From a virus (taxonomy: Duplodnaviria; Caudoviricetes): a stretch of DNA of 64,000 nucleotides. Position 1 is the stretch's first letter. Every line of letters begins with the position of its first letter. Both the position numbers and the translations under genes were made by a program. Below, in pieces: positions 9,683 through 18,343 of the stretch. The notes beneath the pieces were generated by a model. It saw nothing but the letters and a program-made list of their open reading frames with translations, was not told the DNA's origin and made no database searches. The DNA lies in IMG/VR virus record IMGVR_UViG_2840054979_000001, positions 34,281 to 98,280 of that record; one strand, 5' to 3'.

Positions 9683-10030
9683 AGCGACTCCACCGTCACC
9701 GTCCAATCGATCGGCAAGCGCTGGCACTCTGTGTCCGGACCGCTCCGCTCGGCGGACGAGATCGGACAACGGATTGTCGAAGCCGCTGTGGACGGCCAGC
9801 TGGTCACGATCTGGCTCGCCGACCACCCCTGCCAATTCCGCGACGGCTACCCGATTGCCGACGTCACCGCGGCATCTCGCACCCCAGGCGGCTTCCGCAG
9901 CTACCTTCGGGCCCGCTATGAGACCATCAGGGACTGGGAGGACGACGACCGGCTCGGCGTCATGCCGGCGTTCGACGACATCGCTGACGACGCAGCCGTA
10001 GACATCACTCTCACAGCCCCACTGACCTGA
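9680..10030 (+). CDS. hypothetical protein
   Basis: Leaderless ATG after a -10 element. Confidence 0.55.
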   Translation: MSDSTVTVQSIGKRWHSVSGPLRSADEIGQRIVEAAVDGQLVTIWLADHPCQFRDGYPIADVTAASRTPGGFRSYLRARYETIRDWEDDDRLGVMPAFDDIADDAAVDITLTAPLT

Positions 10031-10037
10031 ACTCGCG

Positions 10038-10069
10038 TGTCACCCCTCGGCCTCATTGTCGAGGGTATG
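10038..10069 (+). promoter_or_regulatory. class II box promoter, leaderless
   Basis: TGTCACCCC-N7-CATTGT-N7-ATG. Confidence 0.6.
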
Positions 10070-10534
10070 ACGCTTCGTGTGCAGGTCGACGTGAACGGCA
10101 CGGTGTTGGCCGACGTCACGGTGGAGAACGTCGGCTACCCGACCGGTGAGCCAGCCGATCTGGACGGTGTGTGGGAGTACCACTGGGCGAACAGCATCAG
10201 CCACGCCGCGGGGGCGGTGACGCATCGTCGCAGTGACGGCGCACTCCGCCTGGCCGCGGCGGCGCTGCTCGAGCAGACCGTCACCCCCGATGTCGGCCGG
10301 GTGGGTGCGCAGATCGGGGTGCTGGCGATCACGGGGTCGAACCTGCCCGACGAAGCGGGCCAAACCGCGGCCGCCGGCCTAATGATGAACCAGCCGCGCG
10401 ACGTCCTGATCTCGACGATCGCGTTCCTCACCGGTCTGTGCGCCGCACACATCGACGACAAGGCAGCACGTGAAGGCATCCCGGTCGACGAGGTGATGCA
10501 CGAGCTCGGCCGTTACGCCGAGCAGATGACATGA
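10067..10534 (+). CDS. hypothetical protein
   Basis: Leaderless ATG; coupled to next gene. Confidence 0.6.
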   Translation: MTLRVQVDVNGTVLADVTVENVGYPTGEPADLDGVWEYHWANSISHAAGAVTHRRSDGALRLAAAALLEQTVTPDVGRVGAQIGVLAITGSNLPDEAGQTAAAGLMMNQPRDVLISTIAFLTGLCAAHIDDKAAREGIPVDEVMHELGRYAEQMT

Positions 10535-11178
10535 CCCGGATCCCGCATCGTTCGGTCGCCGAAGCGTTGGAACGTCTCGCCGGCCAGGTGATGATCGCCG
10601 ATGACGGCCCGCACGTCGCGTTCGTCATCGGTGTGAACATCGGCGATCCGCCATCGCTGTGGGTGTGTGACCGGCAGGGTGATGTCGTCCCGTTCGACCA
10701 TGTCCGCAACGCAACGGACCGTCCCGACCCGACCGCCCCGTCGACAGAGACCGGCCGTGCCGCCCCGTGGACACCAGGTGACCTTGCCGAAGCCTCCGCG
10801 CTGGTCCATGACCTGCTGATCGCCTGGCAACACACCAACGACCCCGAGCAGGCGCTCGATCAGGCCCGCCGCATGTACCGGCGGCGCCGCGACGCCGAGT
10901 TCGACCATCAGCTGGCCGTCGACTTGGAACGATCCCGCCTGCCGCACCAATGCTCACGCTGCGGACGCCGCTGGGCGACCGAGCTCGACCGTGACCGCCA
11001 CGAGGCCGCCTGCCGCCAGCCGTGCCGCCACCAGCCCGCCTACCAGTGGATCGCCTACGGCCGCCAGCACGCCGTCCGCTGCGTCTGCGGCCACGTCATC
11101 CACGCTCCGACCGCTACTGACGCGGGCCGGGCGATGCTCGCCCACGCTCACGCCTGCCGCCTGGACGACCCGGTTTGA
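10531..11178 (+). CDS. hypothetical protein with C2H2-like Zn fingers
   Basis: CSRCG...HEAAC and CVCG...HAHAC. Confidence 0.55.
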   Translation: MTRIPHRSVAEALERLAGQVMIADDGPHVAFVIGVNIGDPPSLWVCDRQGDVVPFDHVRNATDRPDPTAPSTETGRAAPWTPGDLAEASALVHDLLIAWQHTNDPEQALDQARRMYRRRRDAEFDHQLAVDLERSRLPHQCSRCGRRWATELDRDRHEAACRQPCRHQPAYQWIAYGRQHAVRCVCGHVIHAPTATDAGRAMLAHAHACRLDDPV

Positions 11179-11217
11179 TCGGCGCGATCCCGGGGGGCCG
11201 AGTCATGGCGGTCAGGC

Positions 11218-11475
11218 ATGATGATGTGCGTGCCTGACGAGACGTATGGACCTGGCGACCGGGCGGCGATCGCCCTGCTGACCGAAGGGTTGGCGGGCGG
11301 ACGCCTGGAGGTGTCAGCACAGCTGCTCGACGAGCTCGACCCGGCCGACATGAGAGACGCTGTCGTGTTCCTGGCCGGGTTGGCGTTGGCATGGATGCCG
11401 TGGATGGCAGCCCTCGAAGAGATCCCGGTCGACGACTATCTGGCCGGCCTGGCGTTGCAGGTGGCCGCGCGATGA
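11218..11475 (+). CDS. hypothetical protein (resembles the C-terminal half of the 10067 product)
   Basis: Similar helical 'D....FL.GL.......A..E.IPVD' pattern; start uncertain. Confidence 0.5.
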   Translation: MMMCVPDETYGPGDRAAIALLTEGLAGGRLEVSAQLLDELDPADMRDAVVFLAGLALAWMPWMAALEEIPVDDYLAGLALQVAAR

Positions 11476-12188
11476 CCGTCTACGCCATTGCGAAGGCGAA
11501 CACGAACGCCGAACTGGTGGAGCAATGCGCCGAGCTCGGCTATCTGCGCCGCGAGTTCCGGGTGTTGGAGCCGACGTGGCGGAACGGCCGGTTCTGGTCC
11601 CGTTGGCAGCCGGACGAGTTGTACGGCTCGGATCTGGTGACCGAGTGTTCGCCGGTCGGCCGCAGCATCGATGCGCGGCGGTTGCCGTGGCGTGACGGCT
11701 GGTTCGACGCCGTCGTCGTGGATGGCCCGTACAAGCTGAACGGCACGTCGACCGGCGAAGGACCGTCCGCGTCCGATGTGGACTACGGCGTGGACCGGTA
11801 CAACTCGGTCGCGGGCCGCCACGGTCTGTTGGCCGACATGATGACCGAAGCGCACCGGGTGCTCGCCCCCGCCGCCCGGGTGCGGGTTGATCGTGGCCGT
11901 CACGAGTGGGTGGGCGGCATCCTGCTGTTCAAGTGCCAAGACCAGGTGTGCAACCAGCAGATCTGGTGGCAGACCGACATCTTCACCCGACACGCCGAGA
12001 CGCTCGGGCTGGTGAAGGTCGACTCGTTGATGCTCGAGGGCTACAGGGAGCAGCCGCCACGGACCCGGAAGCACGGTGACTGCCACGGCAGCGGCTGTCT
12101 GATGTGTGAGGACGGCAGGGTGCCGTCACGTCAGGAGCACGCCGCCCGCAACTACTCGACGCTCATGGTGCTGCAGAAGTTGTCGTGA
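11472..12188 (+). CDS. SAM-dependent amino (N6A/N4C)-type DNA methyltransferase-like protein
   Basis: DARRLPW.DGWFDAVVVDGPY (DPPY-like), EAHRVL...GGILLFKCQD, HAARNYS. Confidence 0.7.
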   Translation: MTVYAIAKANTNAELVEQCAELGYLRREFRVLEPTWRNGRFWSRWQPDELYGSDLVTECSPVGRSIDARRLPWRDGWFDAVVVDGPYKLNGTSTGEGPSASDVDYGVDRYNSVAGRHGLLADMMTEAHRVLAPAARVRVDRGRHEWVGGILLFKCQDQVCNQQIWWQTDIFTRHAETLGLVKVDSLMLEGYREQPPRTRKHGDCHGSGCLMCEDGRVPSRQEHAARNYSTLMVLQKLS

Positions 12189-12648
12189 CCGGGAGTTCGA
12201 GCGCCATGACCGGCTCCAGATAGCCCTCTTCGTTGTAACGGAAGCCAACCGGTTCCGTTGGGTCGCTGTTCGCACAGACGAGGCGAAAGTCGAGGAACCC
12301 AGCGAAGAGTGGGGGGTCGGCGCCGAGAAGCTCCGCAAGGGACTGGTACGGCTCCGGAAGACTGAACACGGCCGAACCGCCGGCAGGGACCGACGCCGGG
12401 TCGCCGAACCGACGACGCGCGCCAGCCTCGTCGGGCCCTTCCACCAGGCAGCCGCGAGCATCCTCGTCGCCGACATTGAACACGACCAAGGTGCGCCCAT
12501 CGGTTTCGTCGCGTGCGATGAGTTCGGGTTCTGGTTCGGCAGCGCGGGCGTCCATGAACTGAATGACATTCAAGACGATCGACGCCAAGGCGACGCCCGC
12601 GAGGACGACCTGCATCAAAGTGTTCGTCCATTCCCGCCCCTCGCTCAC
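12163..12648 (-). CDS. membrane-anchored/secreted protein (moron-like)
   Basis: Minus-strand TAGTCT-N7-GTG leaderless start; N-terminal TM helix. Confidence 0.55.
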   Translation of the reverse strand: MSEGREWTNTLMQVVLAGVALASIVLNVIQFMDARAAEPEPELIARDETDGRTLVVFNVGDEDARGCLVEGPDEAGARRRFGDPASVPAGGSAVFSLPEPYQSLAELLGADPPLFAGFLDFRLVCANSDPTEPVGFRYNEEGYLEPVMALELPVTTTSAAP

Positions 12649-12707
12649 CGCCCGGAGACTACGAGGCCACGCAGGCGCTCTGCGCAGTGCGTGCCGTCCA
12701 ACCGTCC

Positions 12708-12739
12708 TGTCACCCCGACGTCGTACCGTCGTAGACATG
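12708..12739 (+). promoter_or_regulatory. class II box promoter, leaderless
   Basis: TGTCACCCC-N7-TACCGT-N7-ATG. Confidence 0.65.
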
Positions 12740-13042
12740 TCCGATAGTCATGATGATGCTTTTGGCGTCATGGTCTCGAACCCCAGCAACGACAGCCTGC
12801 TGATCGACCTGCCCGGCGCCATCCCGACCCAGGTCGACGCTCTGTCGGTCATTGCCATCCGGCTCGAGGTCGACAACCCGCAAGGCCCGATGGTCGGCGT
12901 GTGGACCCGGCACGGCGCCCTGTTCGTCCTCACCCCGGGCGACTCGACGACGGTCGAGCTGCTGTACGACGAGACCCGAGCGACGATCGACTGGGCCCGC
13001 AAGCTGTACGCCGCATCTGATCACGGCCGGGCCGGCCGGTGA
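12737..13042 (+). CDS. hypothetical protein
   Basis: Leaderless ATG; coupled to J-domain gene. Confidence 0.55.
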   Translation: MSDSHDDAFGVMVSNPSNDSLLIDLPGAIPTQVDALSVIAIRLEVDNPQGPMVGVWTRHGALFVLTPGDSTTVELLYDETRATIDWARKLYAASDHGRAGR

Positions 13043-13698
13043 AGCTCATCTACCGGCCGCTCGACGGCGGCTGGACCGACCCCGTCGACCCGTCGCCGCA
13101 ACGCTCCCGCTTCGAAGCATCGTGGTCGAAGACCGTCGACCTGCTCGACCGCGAAGTCTGGTACCTGCAGGCCGGCAGCGCCGAGCCTCTCGTCATCGTC
13201 CAGCTGGACGTCCCCGACCGAGGCGTCCGCCTCGACGGCGGCCTGCGCGCCGACGTCCGCGTCGGCTACCACGGCGCCGTCGTCTCGTTCGAATCGAAGT
13301 ACGGGCCGCTCCGCTACGCCTGCGACCGCTTCGACTCCCCCGGCGGCGGCCAAGCCTGGAAGCACAACGTCCGCGCGATCGCGCTCGCCCTCGAAGCACT
13401 CCGCACCGTCGACCGGTACGGCGTCACTCGCCGAGGCGAGCAGTACACCGGCTTCGCGCAGCTGGGGTCGGGTCCGTCGACGTCACCGTCGACCGACATG
13501 TCCGTCGACGAGGCCGCCCTGTTTGTCGCCCGTGTCGCTGACCTGCCGACGCCGTTCACGCTCTCGCACGTCCTGCGTGACCTCGCCCACCTGTACCGGC
13601 GCGCGGCCCGCAAGCTGCACCCCGACGTCGGCGGCGACGAGAACGACTTCAAACGCCTGCAGATCGCCTACGGCGTCCTGTGCGCTGCCCGCGGCTGA
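13039..13698 (+). CDS. phage DnaJ-like protein (C-terminal J domain)
   Basis: YRRAARKLHPDVGGDENDFKRLQIAY with HPD; conserved NVRAIAL.LEALR.VDRYG...QY.GF. Confidence 0.85.
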   Translation: MKLIYRPLDGGWTDPVDPSPQRSRFEASWSKTVDLLDREVWYLQAGSAEPLVIVQLDVPDRGVRLDGGLRADVRVGYHGAVVSFESKYGPLRYACDRFDSPGGGQAWKHNVRAIALALEALRTVDRYGVTRRGEQYTGFAQLGSGPSTSPSTDMSVDEAALFVARVADLPTPFTLSHVLRDLAHLYRRAARKLHPDVGGDENDFKRLQIAYGVLCAARG

Positions 13699-13804
13699 CC
13701 GCCGTTTCGCCGCTCCGCTGCGGCCGCCTCTCCCCCGCCGAACCCTGGAGACCCCGTTGAGCCATCCGTCCGCCGTCACCTCGTCCAGCCAGACCGCCCT
13801 GCCC

Positions 13805-15001
13805 GTGATCGGGAAGGTGTCCGCCGCAATCTCGACCGCTCGTGCCGTCCAGGAGCTCGTCAAGGACGTCCATCGCCGCTGGCAGTCCCGTTCCGAGTAC
13901 GTCTCGTCGATCGACTCGACCGACGACGCCTACCACCTCGTGCTCACCGCGGTGTTGGATCGGCTCCCGACCGTCGGTCAGCGTGCTGTGGAGATGGTGA
14001 CCGGCCGTGGTGGCGCCGTGGCCGACCACCCGTCGAGCAGCGGCAGCGATCGCACGGTCCGCTGGGTGTATGACGGCGCCCGCCAGTCGGTCCTCTCGAT
14101 CGGCGGGCACCGTATCGAGGTGGCGTTGACGGACGCGGAGACGCAGCAGCGCGGCGAGGGCTACACGCTGCGGCGCCGCCAGGTCCGGTTCACGTCGTCG
14201 TCGATCGCCGCCCGTGACGCCCTGCACGACTGGCTGACGTCGATCGTCGCGACGGCCCGGGCGCAGCGGCCGGCGTTGCGGATGGCCGGACGTTGGGGTG
14301 GCTGGGAGCACCGGGGTGACGTGCCGCAACGCGACCTCGACACCGTCATCTTGGACGGCGACCAGAAGGAGCAGCTGATCGGCGACCTCGACCGGTTCCT
14401 CGCCTCGGAGGCCGACTACGCCCGGCTCGGTGTCCCGTTCCACCGCGGCTACCTGCTGTACGGGCCGCCTGGGACCGGCAAGACGTCGATGGTGAAGGCG
14501 ATTGCCGCGCACTTCGCGTTGCCGCTGTTCTATCTGCCGTTGTCCGACATGAGCAGCGACGTGAACCTGCTCGACCTGGTCGCCGGTGTCCCGCCCCGCT
14601 CGATGCTGTTGCTCGAGGACATCGACGTCGCCGCAACGGCTACCGAAGGCACCGATGGCGACGGCAAGCGGGCGTCGCTGGCCGGTCTACTCAACGCGTT
14701 GGACGGCGTGTTCACGCCTCATGGCCTGATCACGGTGATGACGACGAACCACCGTGAGAAGCTCGACGAGCGGGCGTTGCGGGCGGGCCGAGTCGACATG
14801 GAACTGCGGCTCGGGTTGACGTCGATCGACCAGGCGCACGGTCTCTGGCATCTGGCGTTCCCGGCTGTTCCGCCGCCGCGGGAGGTCGGTGAGCTCGTCG
14901 GCCTGCCGCCGGCCGAGGTGGTGGAGGCGTTGCGCCGCAGCCTCGACCACCCCGACGCCGCGGCGCACGCGCTGCGTGCCCTGGTCGGAGATTCGGCATG
15001 A
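13805..15001 (+). CDS. BCS1-like AAA+ ATPase
   Basis: RGYLLYGPPGTGKTS, LLLEDID, LAGLLNALDG, MTTNH..LD..LRAGRVD; start uncertain. Confidence 0.85.
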   Translation: MIGKVSAAISTARAVQELVKDVHRRWQSRSEYVSSIDSTDDAYHLVLTAVLDRLPTVGQRAVEMVTGRGGAVADHPSSSGSDRTVRWVYDGARQSVLSIGGHRIEVALTDAETQQRGEGYTLRRRQVRFTSSSIAARDALHDWLTSIVATARAQRPALRMAGRWGGWEHRGDVPQRDLDTVILDGDQKEQLIGDLDRFLASEADYARLGVPFHRGYLLYGPPGTGKTSMVKAIAAHFALPLFYLPLSDMSSDVNLLDLVAGVPPRSMLLLEDIDVAATATEGTDGDGKRASLAGLLNALDGVFTPHGLITVMTTNHREKLDERALRAGRVDMELRLGLTSIDQAHGLWHLAFPAVPPPREVGELVGLPPAEVVEALRRSLDHPDAAAHALRALVGDSA

Positions 15002-15309
15002 CCGAGGATCGGGTGTTGCGCCGCGACGACGGCTCGATGGTCGACCTGACCCCGACTCAACTCGTCGCGACCCGCATCGACCTGGACGCCGAGCGCGCCG
15101 TCGTCGGGATGGCCGATGGCCGCTGGCTGTTCTCCCACGTCTGCGATCGCGGCGACCGTGGCATTCTGCGCGCCGCGCCAGCGCTGCAGGTGGCGGGCGG
15201 CGGGCACCGGATTGTGCACGTCGTCCCGTTGACGATCACGCCGTCGATCCTCTGCGACGACTGCGGGACGCACGGCTTCGTCACACGGGCTGAGTGGGTG
15301 CCGGCGTGA
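14998..15309 (+). CDS. small Zn-binding protein (DUF6527-like)
   Basis: LTITPSILCDDCGTHGFVT..EW motif. Confidence 0.6.
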   Translation: MTEDRVLRRDDGSMVDLTPTQLVATRIDLDAERAVVGMADGRWLFSHVCDRGDRGILRAAPALQVAGGGHRIVHVVPLTITPSILCDDCGTHGFVTRAEWVPA

Positions 15310-15482
15310 TGGAGGGGTGCGGCAACTGCCGGTTCGCTCAGCCGACCGTGCATGACGACGGCGACGTCGCCCTGGTGTGCCGCCGGTATCCGCCGACCGT
15401 GTTCGCGCTCGACGGCGAACCAGCCGCCGGTCAGCCCGATGTCGAGTCGTCCGGCTGGTGCGGCGAATGGGCCCAGTCGTGA
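15309..15482 (+). CDS. small 4-Cys phage protein
   Basis: CGNCRF...CRRYPP...WCGEW pattern. Confidence 0.65.
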   Translation: MEGCGNCRFAQPTVHDDGDVALVCRRYPPTVFALDGEPAAGQPDVESSGWCGEWAQS

Positions 15483-15645
15483 GACGCCGGTGCACGGGGT
15501 TGACGGCGATGTGGTGCCCGGTCCACGGCCACTGCCTCTGCCCGCAGGACGGCGACCAAGGCCTCGGGCCGGGCGACGACGACCGCTGTCCGCTGCACTC
15601 CCCCCGCTCGCGTCACCCGCGCCCCACAGTCGTGACGGTCCGAAG

Positions 15646-15990
15646 ATGAGCGCGGTTTTCCCGCAGGAGGGCCCGCCGAGTACTGGCTCTGCTTGTCCGC
15701 AACACGCAGGGTCAGCGGGCCCTGCTGTCCCGCCGGAACATGCAGCGCAATGGCTCGAAGCTGACTCTACCGCCTCGTCGAAGTACCACCGTCGGCACCC
15801 GGTGACCGACGTCGAGTTCGACTACGACCACGTCTGCCAGACCTGCCGGTTCTGGCAGCCAGGTCGCCGCCTCGGCGACCCGTGCGCTCACAACCGGTCA
15901 TTCCAGACCCCGCCCGGCCAGGTGCGTGAGTCGTTCCTGGCGTGCCAGCTGTGGCAGCCCGCCACCGTCCAGAAAGGAGAGACGCCATGA
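15646..15990 (+). CDS. Cys-rich hypothetical protein
   Basis: CQTCRFW...C...ACQLW; start uncertain. Confidence 0.45.
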   Translation: MSAVFPQEGPPSTGSACPQHAGSAGPAVPPEHAAQWLEADSTASSKYHRRHPVTDVEFDYDHVCQTCRFWQPGRRLGDPCAHNRSFQTPPGQVRESFLACQLWQPATVQKGETP

Positions 15991-16502
15991 GCGATCTCAG
16001 CAACGAAGCAACCCCGACCGACCCGATCTTCGAGCACGCCGCCGTCGAGCAGCTGGAGTCGATCGAGCATGTCTCCCCCGACGTCTTGCCTCCGTCCACG
16101 GTGGAGATACCGGCCAACCCGACCGTCAAGGGGCTCGTCGCCTACGTCGCCGACCTCGAGGCCCGCATCAACGTCACCTTGGGTGCGCTCGCCCAATCCC
16201 GCCTGCAGCACGGGATGCTGTACGTCCCGGCAGGTGACGGGACTGACGAGGCCGACGACGGGCTGGAGGTCGTGGAGATGCCCGCCGACGAGTTCGACGC
16301 CCTCATCGAACGGCTCGACGCCCTCGAGGAATCGGTCCGCAAGCTCAGTGACGCGACCCCGCTCGCCGGCGTCACGGTCGACGAGTCCGGCAAGCTGTTC
16401 GTCGTCACCCCCGACCAGGAGTCACACGGCCCGTACGCCACCATCGGCGACGCCCACCGCGAGGCCGCTCGGCTGGGCGGCCAGGTGAGGCGGATCGCGT
16501 GA
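15987..16502 (+). CDS. acidic coiled-coil hypothetical protein
   Basis: Strong AGAAAGGAG SD. Confidence 0.7.
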   Translation: MSDLSNEATPTDPIFEHAAVEQLESIEHVSPDVLPPSTVEIPANPTVKGLVAYVADLEARINVTLGALAQSRLQHGMLYVPAGDGTDEADDGLEVVEMPADEFDALIERLDALEESVRKLSDATPLAGVTVDESGKLFVVTPDQESHGPYATIGDAHREAARLGGQVRRIA

Positions 16503-17032
16503 ACGAGCCCGGCGACTACCGGTACCTGCTGACGCGGGACTGGCTGACCGGTGACGGCACGGTGCTGTACGTCATGCTGAACCCGAGCACGGCGGACACG
16601 GCGAACGACGACCCGACGATCCGACGCTGCAAGACGTTCGCGCAGGTGCACGGCTTCGCGCGTCTGGAGGTGGTGAACCTGTTCGCCGCCCGAGCGACGA
16701 AACCCGAGCGGCTGCTGTCCCTGGATGATCCGGTCGGGCCGGCCAACGAGCGGTATGTCGCCGACGCGATGCAACGCGCCGATCTCGTCGTGTTCGCGTG
16801 GGGTGCGTGGCTGGCGACCCTGACCGCCAAGAAGCGCCTGCGGCTCGCGCCGACCGATGTCGAGGCGATCGCCGCACAGCTGGACGTCACGCCGCACTGT
16901 TTGGGGTTGACGTCGTCTGGTCTGCCCAGGCATCCGTTGTATGTGCCGGGCGATCAGCGGTTCGTCCCGTTCCGGCAGCCAGCGTTCCTGCCGGCCGACG
17001 AGCCGCTGGATTTGGGTGTCGAGGTCGGCTGA
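16499..17032 (+). CDS. DUF1643-family protein
   Basis: YRYLL.R.W, MLNPSTAD..DDPTIRRC, VVNLFA.RAT.P, AWG, G.PRHPLY. Confidence 0.9.
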   Translation: MNEPGDYRYLLTRDWLTGDGTVLYVMLNPSTADTANDDPTIRRCKTFAQVHGFARLEVVNLFAARATKPERLLSLDDPVGPANERYVADAMQRADLVVFAWGAWLATLTAKKRLRLAPTDVEAIAAQLDVTPHCLGLTSSGLPRHPLYVPGDQRFVPFRQPAFLPADEPLDLGVEVG

Positions 17033-17038
17033 CGCGCG

Positions 17039-17473
17039 CTATGGCAGGGTGCAGGTGCCGGTCGCCGGTGCTTCGATCGTGCAGCTACCGGTCGGGTCAT
17101 CGGCCGCCGGCGATGGCCCCGTCAGTGCGAGGACTCCGAACACGGCGAGGCTGACGAGCCCGAGGGCGAAGGCCCCCATCTGAATGCCTGCCTTGCCTGT
17201 GACCGAACCCGAATAAATGTCGAGTGCCTCATCAGCTTTGCCGACGACTCCGGTGAGCGATAGATACGCAGCCACACCGGCCAGGATCGCTAGCGCAAGT
17301 AGTAGCCACGAGATCCATAGGAAGAGTTCGTCGAATGGGAACGTGTCGCCGGCGATGTCCTTGCGGAAGGCGATGGTGAACGACAGGATCGTCGTCGACA
17401 GGGTGAGAACCTGCTTGCAGGAGTCAGAGGCGAAGGTGAACGCCAGCTTCTCCCGATCGGTCGGCGCGGTCAT
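17039..17473 (-). CDS. three-TM membrane protein (moron-like)
   Basis: KQVLTLSTTILSFTIAF, SWLLLALAILAG; more AT-rich; coupled to upstream minus gene. Confidence 0.7.
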   Translation of the reverse strand: MTAPTDREKLAFTFASDSCKQVLTLSTTILSFTIAFRKDIAGDTFPFDELFLWISWLLLALAILAGVAAYLSLTGVVGKADEALDIYSGSVTGKAGIQMGAFALGLVSLAVFGVLALTGPSPAADDPTGSCTIEAPATGTCTLP

Positions 17474-17796
17474 CAGCAGAACGGCCAGAGCGGGCAGATC
17501 TTGCCGAACGCGATGCTGAGAACGTCGTCGCCCAACGGGCGCGTCGCTCGCGTCAGTCCTATTTCGGCGATGACCCGTTCCAGCCGATCGATGCTCGCCG
17601 CCGCCACCGTTTCAGCCAGTTCGAGTTCCTCGTCACGTGACTTCGGACGCGTCTGGTCGCGGCCGATTGCGTGCTTCACCGAAGGAGCGGAGGCGATTCT
17701 CTCGTACAGCTGATCTCGAGCGTCGTCTGTCAGGTCCTCAAACATGCCCGACTCTTCAAGAGCTCGGATCACGACCCCTTGCTGTTCTCTGTCCAC
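17473..17796 (-). CDS. small helical protein ending CPLWPFC (possible histone-fold-like)
   Basis: AAGGAGG SD then GTG at 17796; helical pattern; fold call is inference. Confidence 0.6.
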   Translation of the reverse strand: MDREQQGVVIRALEESGMFEDLTDDARDQLYERIASAPSVKHAIGRDQTRPKSRDEELELAETVAAASIDRLERVIAEIGLTRATRPLGDDVLSIAFGKICPLWPFC

Positions 17797-17882
17797 CCCT
17801 GGACCTCCTTGTTTCCGGGATCGGCGAACACTACTCGACCCGGGAGATGCCGTTGCCCGGCCGGTATCCCTCCTGGCACTAC

Positions 17883-17933
17883 TCGCCGCAAACATTGACT
17901 ACCGTAGCCGTCTCTGCTACAGTATTAAGGGTG
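17883..17933 (+). promoter_or_regulatory. class I (sigma-A-like) promoter with inverted repeat, leaderless
   Basis: TCGCCGCA-N4-TTGACT-N17-TACAGT-N7-GTG; ACCGTAG-N9-CTACAGT. Confidence 0.8.
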
Positions 17934-18173
17934 ATCAACCCCACCAACCACTCGGAGGACTACCAGCACGGCATCGACATCGGCCTCAAGACGCCAGCGC
18001 ACCTGCTCGACATCACGTTGCAGCGACGCAGCTTCGACGTCGCCACATTGACCGACACGATCGCCAGCCAGGAAGGCGCCGGGGTCGAAAGCCACGTGCT
18101 CGACACCTACCGCCGGAAGCTGGCACAGAAACGAGGCATCGTCGACGCCATCAACCAGCGCCTCACCGCCTGA
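17931..18173 (+). CDS. hypothetical early protein
   Basis: Leaderless GTG at the predicted TSS. Confidence 0.6.
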   Translation: MINPTNHSEDYQHGIDIGLKTPAHLLDITLQRRSFDVATLTDTIASQEGAGVESHVLDTYRRKLAQKRGIVDAINQRLTA

Positions 18174-18187
18174 TCGCCCCTGATCGC

Positions 18188-18220
18188 CGGCGAGGGAAGC
18201 GCCGACGTCGAAAGGAACCC
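18188..18220 (+). promoter_or_regulatory. AGGGAAG-loop leader, copy 2 (orphan, no start codon)
   Basis: CGGCG-AGGGAAG-CGCCG..GAAAGGAACCC. Confidence 0.7.
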
Positions 18221-18224
18221 ACCA

Positions 18225-18258
18225 GCCGTCCGGGCGGTCCCGCCGCCGCCCGGACGGC
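18225..18258 (+). terminator. 13-bp GC hairpin, probable terminator
   Basis: GCCGTCCGGGCGG / CCGCCCGGACGGC; no U-tract. Confidence 0.5.
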
Positions 18259-18304
18259 CAACCATCCGCCGCGAGGACGCGGCCTTGATAATGTCCGAGA
18301 CACA

Positions 18305-18343
18305 TGCCGGGAAGGGAAGCCCGGCACCGAAAGGAACCCGATG
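18305..18343 (+). promoter_or_regulatory. AGGGAAG-loop leader, copy 3
   Basis: TGCCGGG-AAGGGAAG-CCCGGCA..GAAAGGAACCCG-ATG. Confidence 0.85.
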
